63,539 nt of DNA, filler included, from Octopus bimaculoides (GCF_001194135.2; 6 parts of 6 records of this genome joined end to end with filler, not necessarily neighbours in it), one strand, 5' to 3'; counted from the whole stretch's first letter, positions 11,076 to 23,367 are shown. The notes: generated by a model not told the origin, from the sequence alone. Program-made: numbers and translations.

Positions 11076-12543
11076 CTCTGTCACACCCAAAACACATTCA
11101 TTCATAAATGCGAACATGAGCTCGAGTGTGTATCATGAACAAAAAACAAACGAATTCTTTGTGTTACGTTGAAAATAAATAAAATGCATTTATGCATTTT
11201 CGAAATATACACCTCAGTATAAATACATATGTGTGTGTATGTGTGTACATTTATATGCACACACACAAGTTCTGTATACACATGCGTTACTTTACTTTTA
11301 AACACACATACAATATATATATATATAGGTGTGTATGTATATGTGTATATATACGTTTTTTAGATCATTGAATCTCTCTTAGCTGCATATATGCCTGACA
11401 CGTCAGCTGTCAAAACTGATATTAAAATATGTTATTCAGTGCAGTTGAGATACATTTTCAAGATAATAAGCTATATGCAGCGTTAAACAGTTAAATATTT
11501 CTCTAGTAAAATGTAATTACAGTCATATACATTAGCGATAATATTCTGTTGCTATTATTGTTTTGAGAATTATGTTTTAATTGTGCTATGTAATGAATTC
11601 GAAGATAAGACACAAATGCTGAAATAAAAACACAGGCAAAGAGAAAGAATGACGAAGCTATATATATGAGGAAGCTATATATATANNNNNNNNNNNNNNN
11701 NNNNNNNNNNNNNNNNNNNNNNNNNNNNNNNNNNNNNNNNNNNNNNNNNNNNNNNNNNNNNNNNNNNNNNNNNNNNNNNNNNNNNNNNNNNNNNNNNNNN
11801 NNNNNNNNNNNNNNNNNNNNNNNNNNNNNNNNNNNNNNNNNNNNNNNNNNNNNNNNNNNNNNNNNNNNNNNNNNNNNNNNNNNNNNNNNNNNNNNNNNNN
11901 NNNNNNNNNNNNNNNNNNNNNNNNNNNNNNNNNNNNNNNNNNNNNNNNNNNNNNNNNNNNNNNNNNNNNNNNNNNNNNNNNNNNNNNNNNNNNNNNNNNN
12001 NNNNNNNNNNNNNNNNNNNNNNNNNNNNNNNNNNNNNNNNNNNNNNNNNNNNNNNNNNNNNNNNNNNNNNNNNNNNNNNNNNNNNNNNNNNNNNNNNNNN
12101 NNNNNNNNNNNNNNNNNNNNNNNNNNNNNNNNNNNNNNNNNNNNNNNNNNNNNNNNNNNNNNNNNNNNNNNNNNNNNNNNNNNNNNNNNNNNNNNNNNNN
12201 NNNNNNNNNNNNNNNNNNNNNNNNNNNNNNNNNNNNNNNNNNNNNNNNNNNNNNNNNNNNNNNNNNNNNNNNNNNNNNNNNNNNNNNNNNNNNNNNNNNN
12301 NNNNNNNNNNNNNNNNNNNNNNNNNNNNNNNNNNNNNNNNNNNNNNNNNNNNNNNNNNNNNTAATATAATAAATTTAAAATTTAAAATATAAATATACGA
12401 AATATAAATATAAATATGTATAAAAATATGAATGTAGATAAAGATACATGTGAATATAAATGCGTATAAACATTTTATGCGTAATTAAGCATGAATATTG
12501 TAAAGTCTAAAATATAAAAAAGCCTAAAATTTAAAGAATTAAA

Positions 12544-12631
12544 CATCTGACGATCGTTTCGCGTATATTACTATAATCACAATATGATCAAAAGATCAAC
12601 ATACTATCAGTAATTCCGCTCTTCGGAGATG
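12544..12631 (-). ncRNA. Type I hammerhead motif, U4C core variant
   Basis: Minus strand CATCT-CCGAAGA-GCG..ATTACT..AGTAAT..CGC-GAAAC-GATC-GTC-AGATG; perfect 5-bp stem I; palindromic stem III ACGATCGT. Confidence 0.7.
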
Positions 12632-12921
12632 AATTAAGAACCAATTGTGTATATATAATAATTAAAACATTAGAAATATTAAAAATTAAAAATAATAATA
12701 AAGTGTATACTGTCCTTCCTATAAATTGTATATATATATAATACATCTATTTGTTTTTTACACCACCTGTCTTCGTCTGTTGCTTTTTTTTTGTGAATTC
12801 GATAATAGAATGAGCGAGGAGTCTAAGGCGAGTCGTGTGTGAACATGTATATGTTGAATAAAATGAGACAACAAAGCCAAGGCAGTGTGAAATTTCTAGG
12901 ACATTCATAAAGAGAAAGGTA

Positions 12922-12969
12922 GTCGTACAGCTGTTTCAGGGATATAAAAGATATCCTGTCATCAGAGAC
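12922..12969 (-). ncRNA. Minimal type I hammerhead motif, intact core
   Basis: Minus strand GTCT-CTGATGA-C-AGGATAT-CTTTT-ATATCCCT-GAAAC-AGCT-GTA-CGAC; palindrome ACAGCTGT; stem I 3 bp plus T.C mismatch. Confidence 0.7.
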
Positions 12970-13014
12970 AATATGAGAGAGTTAAATAGAAAGGAATAGT
13001 ACGGTTCTCTATAA

Positions 13015-13374
13015 GAAGTTATTTTGGAAAAGGAGAGATATAGGATGAATAAAGGGAAATATTAGAATGAAAATAAAGATATACGTTGGATGTTAAACTT
13101 GCTGTTCCATTATCCAAGGAATGTGTTGTGTAGAATGGGTAAAAAGGCTTCTTGTCCATGGTATGTGAATTCTGATGGGGTCATATTTTGTTATTATAAA
13201 CGGATAGTGTGCACTCTTATCAGAATTTACATACCATAGACAAGAAGCCACTTTACATATTCTACATAGCACGTTCCTTGGATAATGGAGCAGCAAGTTT
13301 AAGATCCAACATATATTTTTATTCTCATATTTCCATTTATACATCGTATATCTTTCCCTTTCCAAAATAACTTC
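13015..13374. repeat. Long imperfect inverted repeat (arms about 160 bp, spacer about 42 bp)
   Basis: Arms 13015-13176 and 13219-13374, e.g. GTTGGATGTTAAACTTGCTGTTCCATTATCCAAGGAA vs TTCCTTGGATAATGGAGCAGCAAGTTTAAGATCCAAC. Confidence 0.9.
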
Positions 13375-13407
13375 AATATCTTATTAAAACCTATATGCTT
13401 ACGTAAC

Positions 13408-13568
13408 GTGTGCTTACGTCCCCGTTACTTAGCAGTTCGGCAAAACGGAGGGATAGAATAAGTACTAGGCTTACTAAGAATAAATCCTGGGGTCTATGTG
13501 CTCGATTCAAGGTGGTGCTCCATCATGGTCGCAGTCAAATGACTGAAACAAGTAAAAGAATAAAAGAA
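13408..13568 (+). mobile_element. CORE-type SINE tail fragment
   Basis: TTACGTCCCCGTTACTTAGCAGTTCGGCAAAA..GGTGCTCCATCATGGTCGCAGTCAAATGACTGAAACAAGTAAAAGAA. Confidence 0.85.
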
Positions 13569-14089
13569 TCGGATTAAGTAAAATACTGAAATAGAAATAC
13601 TCATATGCATGTTGTTTGATGGTTATATCTGTTGAAAGTATTTGAGATTTTGGGGCTATTTAGAAAGAAATAAGGTATGTTAGGTCTGACATTGAAATCA
13701 AGATGAAGGTTAAACCAAACCACCAACTTCTGCACACACGCACGCACACACGCACGCACATACGTATATATTTATAAGCATATATATACATATATAAACG
13801 CATGCATTAATATAAATACATATTAAGATACGTATATTTTATAACTTTTATATACATATGTATATCTTTTTGTGAGAGTGTGTGTGAGAGTGTTGGTGAA
13901 TATGTCTGTATGTGCATGTTTGTATGTATATATAAATATATACATACACATATATATCTCTCTATATATATGTATATATTTCTCTATATATACATACATA
14001 TACATATGTACATGTGTATTTATTTATATATATATATATAAATGCACACACACACACACACGCACACACACACACACACACACACATAC

Positions 14090-14170
<81 letters not shown>

Positions 14171-14464
14171 CACACAAGCAGAAGCGAGTGTTTAGTTCTG
14201 TTCACTTGTTTCTGTGTTATTTTATTATTTGTGTTATTTCGTTATTTCCAGATGAGTATCTGAAATTTGAATCTATTTTAGAAATCAAAATATGTTATAA
14301 ATAATAATTATTTTTCTAGTTTTTTCACCTCAGGTCATTTATTTTCTTCCTTCTTGTCTGTTTAGTATTTCATGATTCACAACATTAACATCATCGTTAT
14401 ATCAGTGCTTCAGGTGGTGTTGTTCTTTTCTGATGACGACCCCGATAATATACTTCTTACAGAG

Positions 14465-14472
14465 ACGATGTA

Positions 14473-14527
<55 letters not shown>

Positions 14528-14545
14528 ATTATTATTATTATTAGC
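14465..14545. repeat. (TTA)n microsatellite
   Basis: Direct reading. Confidence 0.95.
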
Positions 14546-14711
14546 ATCATGTTGAGAATCATTATCATCAACATCATTCTTGTCCTCCTCCTCATCATTA
14601 TTTTGTCATCATTATTGTTATTTTTATAAAGCTATTTCACGCAACTTTAGTCAGCAAGGATGTTGTCTTGAGATGACAACAAGTCTGTTACTATCATTAT
14701 TGCAACCGATG

Positions 14712-14870
14712 AACGAGCAGAATCATTCGCACGTCAGATAAAATGCCTACTGGTAACTCTGTTGACACTCTACATTCTGAGCTCAAATCTCGCCGAAGTT
14801 GTTTTCCCCTTTCGTCCTTTCAATGTTGGCAAAATAAGTACTAGTTCAATACTGGGATCGATATAAACAT
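14712..14870 (+). mobile_element. Degenerate SINE (9611 family)
   Basis: GCAGAATCATT..AAATGCCTAC..TTCTGAGCTCAAATCTCGCCGAAG..AATAAGTACTAGTT..ACTGGGATCGAT. Confidence 0.65.
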
Positions 14871-15164
14871 TGCTGGATTTTCCAAAGTATCATAATCTTC
14901 AACATTGTCCTTATCAACATTACTATTAGCAAAGACAATGTGCTGGCAGATTCGTAATTAATTGAACTGGTATTGAATGTATGTATTTAAATGATGTGAG
15001 TTTAATTCGGGTATTTGGGCTGTTAACTAATTAATAATTCCTTTCATTTTCAACTGGGGTATCCTAGTATCCCTTCTACAACAAGCCATCTACCTCTATC
15101 CTTCTATTATTCTTTTTAATCACTCATGAACTGACACAAACCACGCCCCTCAATAGCATCACCT

Positions 15165-15395
15165 CCCCAGTTGAAGCATATTTAGCTTGGTCACCGCAAA
15201 GGTGCTGGTAATATGGAAAAGCACTCACTACATTCAGTGAAGTGGTTAGTAATATGAAGGGCATCCAGTCGTACAAACTAAGCCAAAGGATACAATAGAG
15301 CTTGGCACAGTCCTCCATCTTGCCAGCTCTTGTCAAATCATCTAACGTATCCCAGCATAAAAAATGGACGTTAAATGATGATGGTAATGATGATA
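15165..15395 (+). mobile_element. SINE-like repeat, GGACGTTAAATGATGATG tail
   Basis: GGTGCTGGT..AAAAGCAC..AAGGGCATCCAG..TTGTCAAATC..ATGGACGTTAAATGATGATG. Confidence 0.75.
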
Positions 15396-15419
15396 AAGAC
15401 ATTCAGTGCACTGCGTATT

Positions 15420-15700
15420 TTACTTGTAATGACCATACGATTTGTATAAGTTTCCATCTCTCACGGTCATTTCACACCCTCACAAACTTACCCTCCGCCA
15501 CCCACAGTATTCGATCCTCAATTCCTACTCACTCAAATTTTCACCCATTGTACCTTCGGAGTACATCTCTTTCTCTCTTTCCAGCTGGGGAATCCACGTA
15601 TCTCCGCTTCAGCAAAGCACTTGTTTCTGTTCCTCTAACAATGGTATCTCCTTCAGTACTATACTCCCTTTCCGTCAAGAGATCTTGTTTTGTGAGGTAC
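15420..15700 (-). mobile_element. Possible RTE-type LINE 3' end remnant
   Basis: Minus-strand pieces GKRER..PKVQW and NDRERWKLI resemble the RTE C-terminal GxRxRGRPxxxW..DRxxW pattern; frameshifted. Confidence 0.4.
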
Positions 15701-15704
15701 ATGA

Positions 15705-15900
15705 TGACCGCACTAGTGCTGGTGCCATGGAAAATGCACCTAGTACATGCTGTACAGGGGTTGGTGTTAGGAAGGGTATCTAGCTGTAGAAACCATGCCA
15801 AAGCAGACATTAAAGCTTGATCCGTCCTCTGGCATTTCAGTTTTGTCAAACCATTTGACCCTTGACAACATGAAAAACAGATGTTAAATGATGTCTTCAT
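15705..15900 (+). mobile_element. SINE-like repeat, same family as 15165
   Basis: GTGCTGGTGCCATGGAAAATGCACC..GGTGTTAGGAAGGGTATC..GTAGAAACCATGCCAAAGCAGAC..GATGTTAAATGATG. Confidence 0.75.
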
Positions 15901-16626
15901 GTTTTATTAACCCAAAACATATTTGCAACGGAATAAGTACAAGTTTTCAATAGTTAATATGTTAGTGAAAACATACTAATTAGTGATTAATTAATGGTGA
16001 TGCAAAGGCAATTCAGAATTATTGAGAACATTTAATTAATTAGAATGCTTTATCAAAAACCTGGTTAACATAACTTTGAGTAGCACCACTGATTGTTCTA
16101 GTCAGAACAAATAGAAAAAGTGAGAACGTCCATTATGGTATTGAATGACATAGTTCCATGTAGCATCAGAGTGATAAGGCTTCGTGTAGACATCTGGACA
16201 GCTCTATTTAAGATTGTGTAGCAGATTTGAAACCGAATTGACAAAATGCCATGCTAAAGTTACGGCTTAGTCATAACCATTTCACATAATAAACAAATTA
16301 AGTGACCAGTCAGCACTAAGCCATCACATGATGTCACATTCTACAAGCTAGTGTCTCTTAGCGAGGTTTATAAATAGATGAGTTTTGGTGTTAAATTTCG
16401 GAATGTTAGAAATCGTTGTCATGGAAAGAAGATTCTCGTTTTCAGTATTTAACAATTATATTAACAACTTCTTAGTCAAGCGAGCAGACAGCAGCTAGAG
16501 TTTTGCAATCGTGGACTTAGCATGATATTTCTCCAGTCTTGACAGCGTATTCATAGAACCTATTCAACCAACTATTTTGTCATAACTACAGAGTTGCATT
16601 TTCCACTGGTTATACTTCGTTGTTTG

Positions 16627-17001
16627 GGTGGAGGCGCAATGGCCTAGTGGTTAGGGCAGCGGACTCGCGGTCATACTATCGCGGTTTCGATTCCCAGACC
16701 GGGCGTTGTGAGTGTTTATTGAGCGAAGACACCTAAAGCTCCACATGGTGGTGGTGAACCCTGCCGTACTCTTCCACCACAACTTTCTCTCACTCTTACT
16801 TCCTGTTTCTGTTGTGCCTGTAATTCAAAGGGTCAGCCTTGTCACACTGTGTCACGCTGAATGTACCCGAGAACTACGTTAAGGGTACACGTGTCTGTGG
16901 AGTGCTCAGCCACTTGCACGTTAATTTCACGAGCAGGCTGTTCCGTTGATCGGATCAACTGGAACCCTCGACGTCGTAAGCAACGAGTGCCAACAACAAC
17001 A
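16627..17001 (+). mobile_element. Full-length tRNA-derived SINE with (CAA)n tail and 13-bp TSD
   Basis: A box TGGCCTAGTGGTTAGG, B box GGTTTCGATTCCC, (CAA)n end; ACTTCGTTGTTTG at 16614-16626 and 17002-17014. Confidence 0.9.
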
Positions 17002-17469
17002 ACTTCGTTGTTTGTACTATTAATTCAAGACCAACATGGAAAATATTTTGTGCGGTGAATATAGTTTGCATTATTGGTTCACGAGTGTTGTTCACCATTT
17101 ATACGCAGCTAGAATCCAACTCGACCACCAGCACCCTCCATATCATCCTTTTGGTGACCTATGAGACAACTGGGGACACCGACATGATTTGAACGCACGG
17201 CCTTTTGGTTAATTGATTTAGTATTTAATTATCGCAATTAATTAATTATCACAACTCAATTCAGTCTTTTTTTATATGATACAATCTATGCTAGTAAGGA
17301 AGGAGGAGATTAAATGAGGATGATGACGATGATGATAAAGTTTTTCTAGAAGGTACATCCCAGATTACTTGGTTGGAAGATTCCAGCTCACTTCACGATG
17401 CATCAAATGATTTGATTGGTTGAGTCATGTCTGCATAATCATTAATTTCTTTTATGATAATTTTTCATA

Positions 17470-17690
17470 ACTGGCCGTTGAATTTTCTGGCAATAAGCTA
17501 CCCCTAGGCCCTGAGATAAGGAACTTGGGTTCAATGGTTCAAACCTCAGCAGGAACCTCACAACAGAGGCATTTTAATGTGTTGCCTAATTTAGCTATAG
17601 CACTTTATGTTCTGAGTTCAAATGTTGCCCAGTTGATAAGGGTCATTGAGCTCTAGCACATTATAGTATCGGAGTAAATCCATTGGGAAA
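17470..17690 (+). mobile_element. Highly degenerate SINE (9611 family)
   Basis: GCATTTTAATGTGTTGCC..TATGTTCTGAGTTCAAATGTTGCC. Confidence 0.45.
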
Positions 17691-17941
17691 AAACTTGCGT
17701 GCTTACATGCGATCATCTAGAAGGATCCTTAATGGCAAATGTGTGTTTAGAGCAAGAAGCAGAAAAAGAATAAATTTCACAGATATTTCAAAATTATTTT
17801 CAGCATGTATTTCATTAGGAATAAGTATAATTAATTCTATAATTGCGTAATGAATATTCATCATTAATTGAAGCTAATTTAAGATATATATATATGTGTG
17901 TGTAAGTGAATACACACACACTCTCACACAGATACATATAG

Positions 17942-18022
<81 letters not shown>

Positions 18023-18202
18023 AGTCAGACAGACAGACACACACGTACACACATATAGACAAGAAGATACACACACACATATATGCTACATTCAAAACAA
18101 GCACAACTATGTTCCAGTTTAATCTTCTTGTTCTAAACATTTTTCATATTTCCGTTTAATTTTGTTTGAACAGTTTGTTTGGAACAACAAAGTTCCAAGA
18201 TC

Positions 18203-18248
18203 CATATTCAACATTTCCCGACTTTCATAATATCATCCTCAGGATATG
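18203..18248 (-). ncRNA. Decayed hammerhead-like motif downstream of PLE remnant
   Basis: Minus strand CATATC-CTGAGGA-..-GAAAT-GTT-GAATATG; stem I with one bulge; weak stem II; GAAAT probably CpG-decayed GAAAC. Confidence 0.4.
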
Positions 18249-18369
18249 AAATAGATTTGGCTTACGTATTTCTTCTTATATGATGCTACAATTTATGTAT
18301 GTTTTACCGACTCGGACATTTTTACTGTTAGTCATCCGTGTCAGCAGCTTATTGTTAATTTTATGTTGT

Positions 18370-18780
18370 ATGTAGTATTCATGTGTTTATCTTAGCATTA
18401 TATTTTGAGTATTGCTTCTATGATAAATTATGTATTTATATGAAGAATTTTATATTGTGTGTGAGTGTGTGTGTAAAGTCCACTAATATTTTATAACCTA
18501 ATTTTGTTTTGTGGTGTGTGATTACTCCTTGTAGTAAATGCATGTTGTACTCACAAGAGGGTGTTGTACCAGTACGTCCTATATAACAGTAAATTCCTGA
18601 AGTTTACAACGTTCAGTTTTATGATCAAATTTGTAGATTACATTGACCCTGTGTAGCTTGTTCTTGGGTTTACGTAATAATGATGTGTTACTGATAAGGA
18701 GGTTTTATATTACAGTGTTTTTGTAGGACATCATTAGTTTTAGTTGCATTTACATGAAATAGTAAATACTGGCTCCAATC
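18370..18780 (-). mobile_element. Penelope-like element GIY-YIG endonuclease remnant
   Basis: Minus strand LMMSYKNTVI*NLLISN..KLHRVNVIYKF, frameshift, YIGRTGTTPSCEYNMHLLQGVITHH..KILH..IIEAIL; fits PLE NVVYKF..YIGxTxTxLSRRLxMHLQxGAI..EAxLI. Confidence 0.65.
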
Positions 18781-19889
18781 CTGGGACTCATATGGATGAT
18801 TACTCGGTTTCTATAGAGTATAAGTGACCAAGATCACAACACCGACACTTAGAGGATTTTAGTCTGTGGTAGTGTTGCTCATTTATAGCTGAAAGGACTG
18901 CATGAGCCGTGTGAAATGAAATATTTTGTTGAAGAACGCAATGCACTGCCTGATTTTGGAACTGAAACCGTGATCTTGCGACATGAATGCAACACATTAA
19001 CCCCTGGGACACATACCTTCTCAATGTGAAATAATATAGAAACATTTGCAACATAAATTTATATTAAGCACACTGTTCAACACTAACAAACATCTCAACA
19101 CGTTTATGAGTAATGATAAAATGCATAGTTCTAATTATCATATCATATACAATATTAGCACCATATAATACAACTAATTTCGCAGATTGTATGCCTACGG
19201 TAGATGGAAATGCAGTGAAAAATCTGTTACTAATGACCCATTTAACTTCTCTAAACAATGATCAGTTTAATATCAGAGAGTGAAAAGACTGTACCGCAGT
19301 ATTACAGATGAATTTAAAGTGAGATAAAATTAACATAAATGCGTAATTAGTAATCCACACTCTGGAATGGACATAAGCTTAGTGTCTCCAATATGGCATT
19401 CCAAATAAGAAAAATCTAATGTACATCATAACATTTGACATGATTTATACAAATTAATTACTTACTCACAATCAAATGTTTGTGTAGCTTTTGTATATTA
19501 GAAAGATATTTATCTTAAAATTCAATAGCACGTAGTAAACACACAGAATTAAATTAAATTTTCCCAATTAGATATTGTAATTGTGTTCAAGCAATGTTAC
19601 ATTGAAATATATAAAAAAATATCGATGATAAACAATATTTTTATCTCCTAAGGAAATTCAATATTATTTTCTCAATGTTTACTTAGTTACAATGTTACAG
19701 TACTCTACATTAATAAATTTTCTGGTCTTGTCACTCTAACAACATGAAGTAGGTTTAATTCTCTCTCCGGATTAGGGTCTTCCCATGAAACCGCTCCTAA
19801 ATACATCGTATTTCTACAGTTGCATGCTTTACCAACGCTTACCCGTCTTCCAACAGGGAAATAGTTTTCTTTCATAGTCAGACATGGTT

Positions 19890-20025
19890 CCCATGAAGAG
19901 CTCCGCTCGAAACGTGAAATCCCCTTTCTTTTCTTTCCTTTCCTGAGCGTCCAGTAGCATATTCCACGTCCTCGCGTTGTTGTTATTTCGTGTTTTTTCT
20001 TGCTTGTTCCAATTTGAATTGATTA
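19890..20025 (+). mobile_element. PLE pseudo-LTR-like repeat with decayed HHR-like motif
   Basis: CCCATGA-A-GAGC-TCC-GCTC-GAAAC-GTG at 19890-19916, then reverse complement of 9130-9235. Confidence 0.55.
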
Positions 20026-22269
20026 TATATATATATATATATATATNNNNNNNNNNNNNNNNNNNNNNNNNNNNNNNNNNNNTATATATAAGATCAAAAC
20101 TGTTTGGTTCAGACTCCTTGATACATACACACGTACACACACACATGCGCATGCACACACACATATATATATACACACATGGAACACAAATACACACAAA
20201 CATATGTAAATGCATACACGTACTTATATATATATATATATATATATATGCACGAAAACACATATATATATTCTTTTTACTGGTTTCATCTAGAGGCTGT
20301 AGCCATGATTGGACACTGTCAAAGACGAATTTGACCATCCGTGATTCATATGTATTTATATATTCATATACAGACACATGCATACGTACATACATATACA
20401 CACATACATATATGCAAACATACATACATACATACATACATGCATACATACACACACACACACACACACACACANNNNNNNNNNNNNNNNNNNNNNNNNN
20501 NNNNNNNNNNNNNNNNNNNNNNNNNNNNNNNNNNNNNNNNNNNNNNNNNNNNNNNNNNNNNNNNNNNNNNNNNNNNNNNNNNNNNNNNNNNNNNNNNNNN
20601 NNNNNNNNNNNNNNNNNNNNNNNNNNNNNNNNNNNNNNNNNNNNNNNNNNNNNNNNNNNNNNNNNNNNNNNNNNNNNNNNNNNNNNNNNNNNNNNNNNNN
20701 NNNNNNNNNNNNNNNNNNNNNNNNNNNNNNNNNNNNNNNNNNNNNNNNNNNNNNNNNNNNNNNNNNNNNNNNNNNNNNNNNNNNNNNNNNNNNNNNNNNN
20801 NNNNNNNNNNNNNNNNNNNNNNNNNNNNNNNNNNNNNNNNNNNNNNNNNNNNNNNNNNNNNNNNNNNNNNNNNNNNNNNNNNNNNNNNNNNNNNNNNNNN
20901 NNNNNNNNNNNNNNNNNNNNNNNNNNNNNNNNNNNNNNNNNNNNNNNNNNNNNNNNNNNNNNNNNNNNNNNNNNNNNNNNNNNNNNNNNNNNNNNNNNNN
21001 NNNNNNNNNNNNNNNNNNNNNNNNNNNNNNNNNNNNNNNNNNNNNNNNNNNNNNNNNNNNNNNNNNNNNNNNNNNNNNNNNNNNNNNNNNNNNNNNNNNN
21101 NNNNNNNNNNNNNNNNNNNNNNNNNNNNNNNNNNNNNNNNNNNNNNNNNNNNNNNNNNNATATATGTACATACACGTACCCATCCCACATATATATGTAT
21201 ATGCTGGTTATTAGACGTTGAACCAATGTTTCACCTCGGATACAAATATTTATGAGTTAGATTTTATTTCTTTGTTGCATTAAGTGATTAAGAGTGAGTA
21301 TATCAATGAGAAATCTATGTTGGTGACCACATAAAAGTCTCGGAATATCTCTGGTCTCAAACGTAATTCTTTGCTTCAAATGACAGTTCCAACTGTGATG
21401 GAAACAACAGACCGTGTTATTCTTCACAACAAATACACTTATTAAATCAGTGTTGCTGTTCTCTCATACACCCAACGTTTTGGAGATCGAAATATAAGTG
21501 TCTGTCGGGGGTTAGTGAATAAAACGAAAAATCTAGAGAACTAGCAAACTGAGTCTGAAATATTTCATAGAAATGCAAAATGGAACAAATTATTTTACTG
21601 TAAGAAAGAACAGTTTATCATGATTGGTAGATGAAAAGGGTTTGAGAAAATGCTGGACCACGTTTTAGAGTGGTGGAGGAATAAGTAACACATCCTTGTC
21701 TTACTGATATGTTATAAAATAGAAGAGAGACATGCGCAATTTATCAAAAATGTGGAAACGAGTGGCAGAAGTATTGCTGATACCCAGGAGGAAGATAAGT
21801 TCGTATTCCATTGAATAAATAGTTGCCGGAATATCTTTACAGGTTTCATAGGAAATTGGGGTTCAGTACTCCACCAGGGAGGTTTGCATTAATATTTAAG
21901 CGCAGGTGTAGGTGTGCAGTTAAGAATTATGTATCTACTATGGCATTGGGCTGACCAAAACCTTGAGAATAGAAATTGAATTGAGCCCATCATATACATA
22001 CATACATACATACATACATACATGCATACAGCATACATACATACACACATACATATTAGACTAGAAAAGTATTACCGTCATAGAGGTCAGATGTTCTGCT
22101 GATGTGAAGATCTCTTTGAAAATCAAAAAGAAACAAAATAACAACTGATTCGAAACCTCCAACTTCTGTATTCAGATTATAAATTTACATTTGAACCAAT
22201 AATAATTTATGCACTTCGCTCTGTATAACAATCTGGATAGGCTAAGGTTTTCAGTCTAACTTACATATT

Positions 22270-22420
22270 ACAAATACAATCTGTAAGTGAAACAGTAAAA
22301 ATATGCAAGACTTTTTTCAAGTTTAAAATGTGACATTGCTTTTGTTATCTTCATTCCATTGATGGAGATTTGTATTTTTGTTAGAAACCAGGCCCTTCCC
22401 CGGAGAGAGAAGAACTTATA
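22270..22420 (+). mobile_element. Interspersed repeat, also at 36910-37065 and partly 31340-31420; possible PLE 3' end
   Basis: TACAAATACAATCTGTAAGT..GCAAGAC..AAATGTGACATTG..ATTCCAT(T/C)GATGGAG..GTTAGAAACCAG shared. Confidence 0.65.
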
Positions 22421-22974
22421 TAGTTAAAATCAGAAGAGAACGTATATATNNNNNNNNNNNNNNNNNNNNNNNNNNNNNNNNNNNNNNNNNNNNNNNNNNN
22501 NNNNNNNNNNNNNNNNNNNNNNNNNNNNNNNNNNNNNNNNNNNNNNNNNNNNNNNNNNNNNNNNNNNNNNNNNNNNNNNNNNNNNNNNNNNNNNNNNNNN
22601 NNNNNNNNNNNNNNNNNNNNNNNNNNNNNNNNNNNNNNNNNNNNNNNNNNNNNNNNNNNNNNNNNTATATATATATTTACATGTATGTTGTTGTGAATGC
22701 AACATACAAAAAGGAACAAAAAAATAAAAGAATATCTATAGCCGAAGGTCAAGAAAAGTCTTGACTAGGGAGAGTTCTTAATGATTGCAATGGAAACAGG
22801 TAGGCTCTGAAGTAAGACAGAAAAGTTCATAGGGTTGATGTGACGTAGTCCATAAGTAGATGAATCGTATCTCTGGTAAATCGTTGCAAATAATGGAAAA
22901 GGCCTAATGGAAAAGGCCTACAGCTGTTTCTAGAATGGTTGCATAATTGGTGCAGTTCTCTGTATATTGCCCGC

Positions 22975-23240
22975 GTGAAAACTGTGTTGCAAGTACATAT
23001 GTGCGAGTGTGTGAGTGCGTGTGAGTACGCGCGTGTGACCTTGTCTTGACGGCAAAGTATCCTTCATTTCCAGTATTCTGTGAAGACATTTTCAGTCATG
23101 GGGAAATATTACCTTACACGGAAAGCGCTGTGGATTAACGACATGAACGCATTCAACCGTAAAAAATCCGCCTCAACTAATTCCACGCAAGCATGGAAAA
23201 GTGGAACGTAAAACGATACCGACGATGATGATAATGATAA
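22975..23240 (+). mobile_element. SINE 3' part with GCAAGCATGGAAAAGTGG..AAAACGAT(GAT)n tail
   Basis: Tail related to the 15165/15705 family. Confidence 0.6.
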
Positions 23241-23367
23241 ATTGTATTTTGACAGGAGTTGCTTCAAAGGATATGGCTAGACCCAATGTTTCTTCATCTG
23301 GTTGCGACTGTAATTCTTGACTAAAAATGACAGGGCCGAAATAATGTTTCATATATATATATGTATA

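Noticed and set aside
16630-16700. tRNA genes at 16630, 36684, 38589 and 56905
   Set aside because: A/B boxes are present but there is no closed acceptor stem, and each continues into a repeated SINE body
18545-18552. Minus-strand splice donor GTGAGTAC suggesting a host exon
   Set aside because: Lies inside the PLE endonuclease remnant; no supporting exon
21600-21830. RTE-like 3' remnant (AGHVL-like)
   Set aside because: Needs several frameshifts; too degenerate to support
22915-22935. Minus-strand GAAACAGCTGTA half motif
   Set aside because: No CTGANGA upstream
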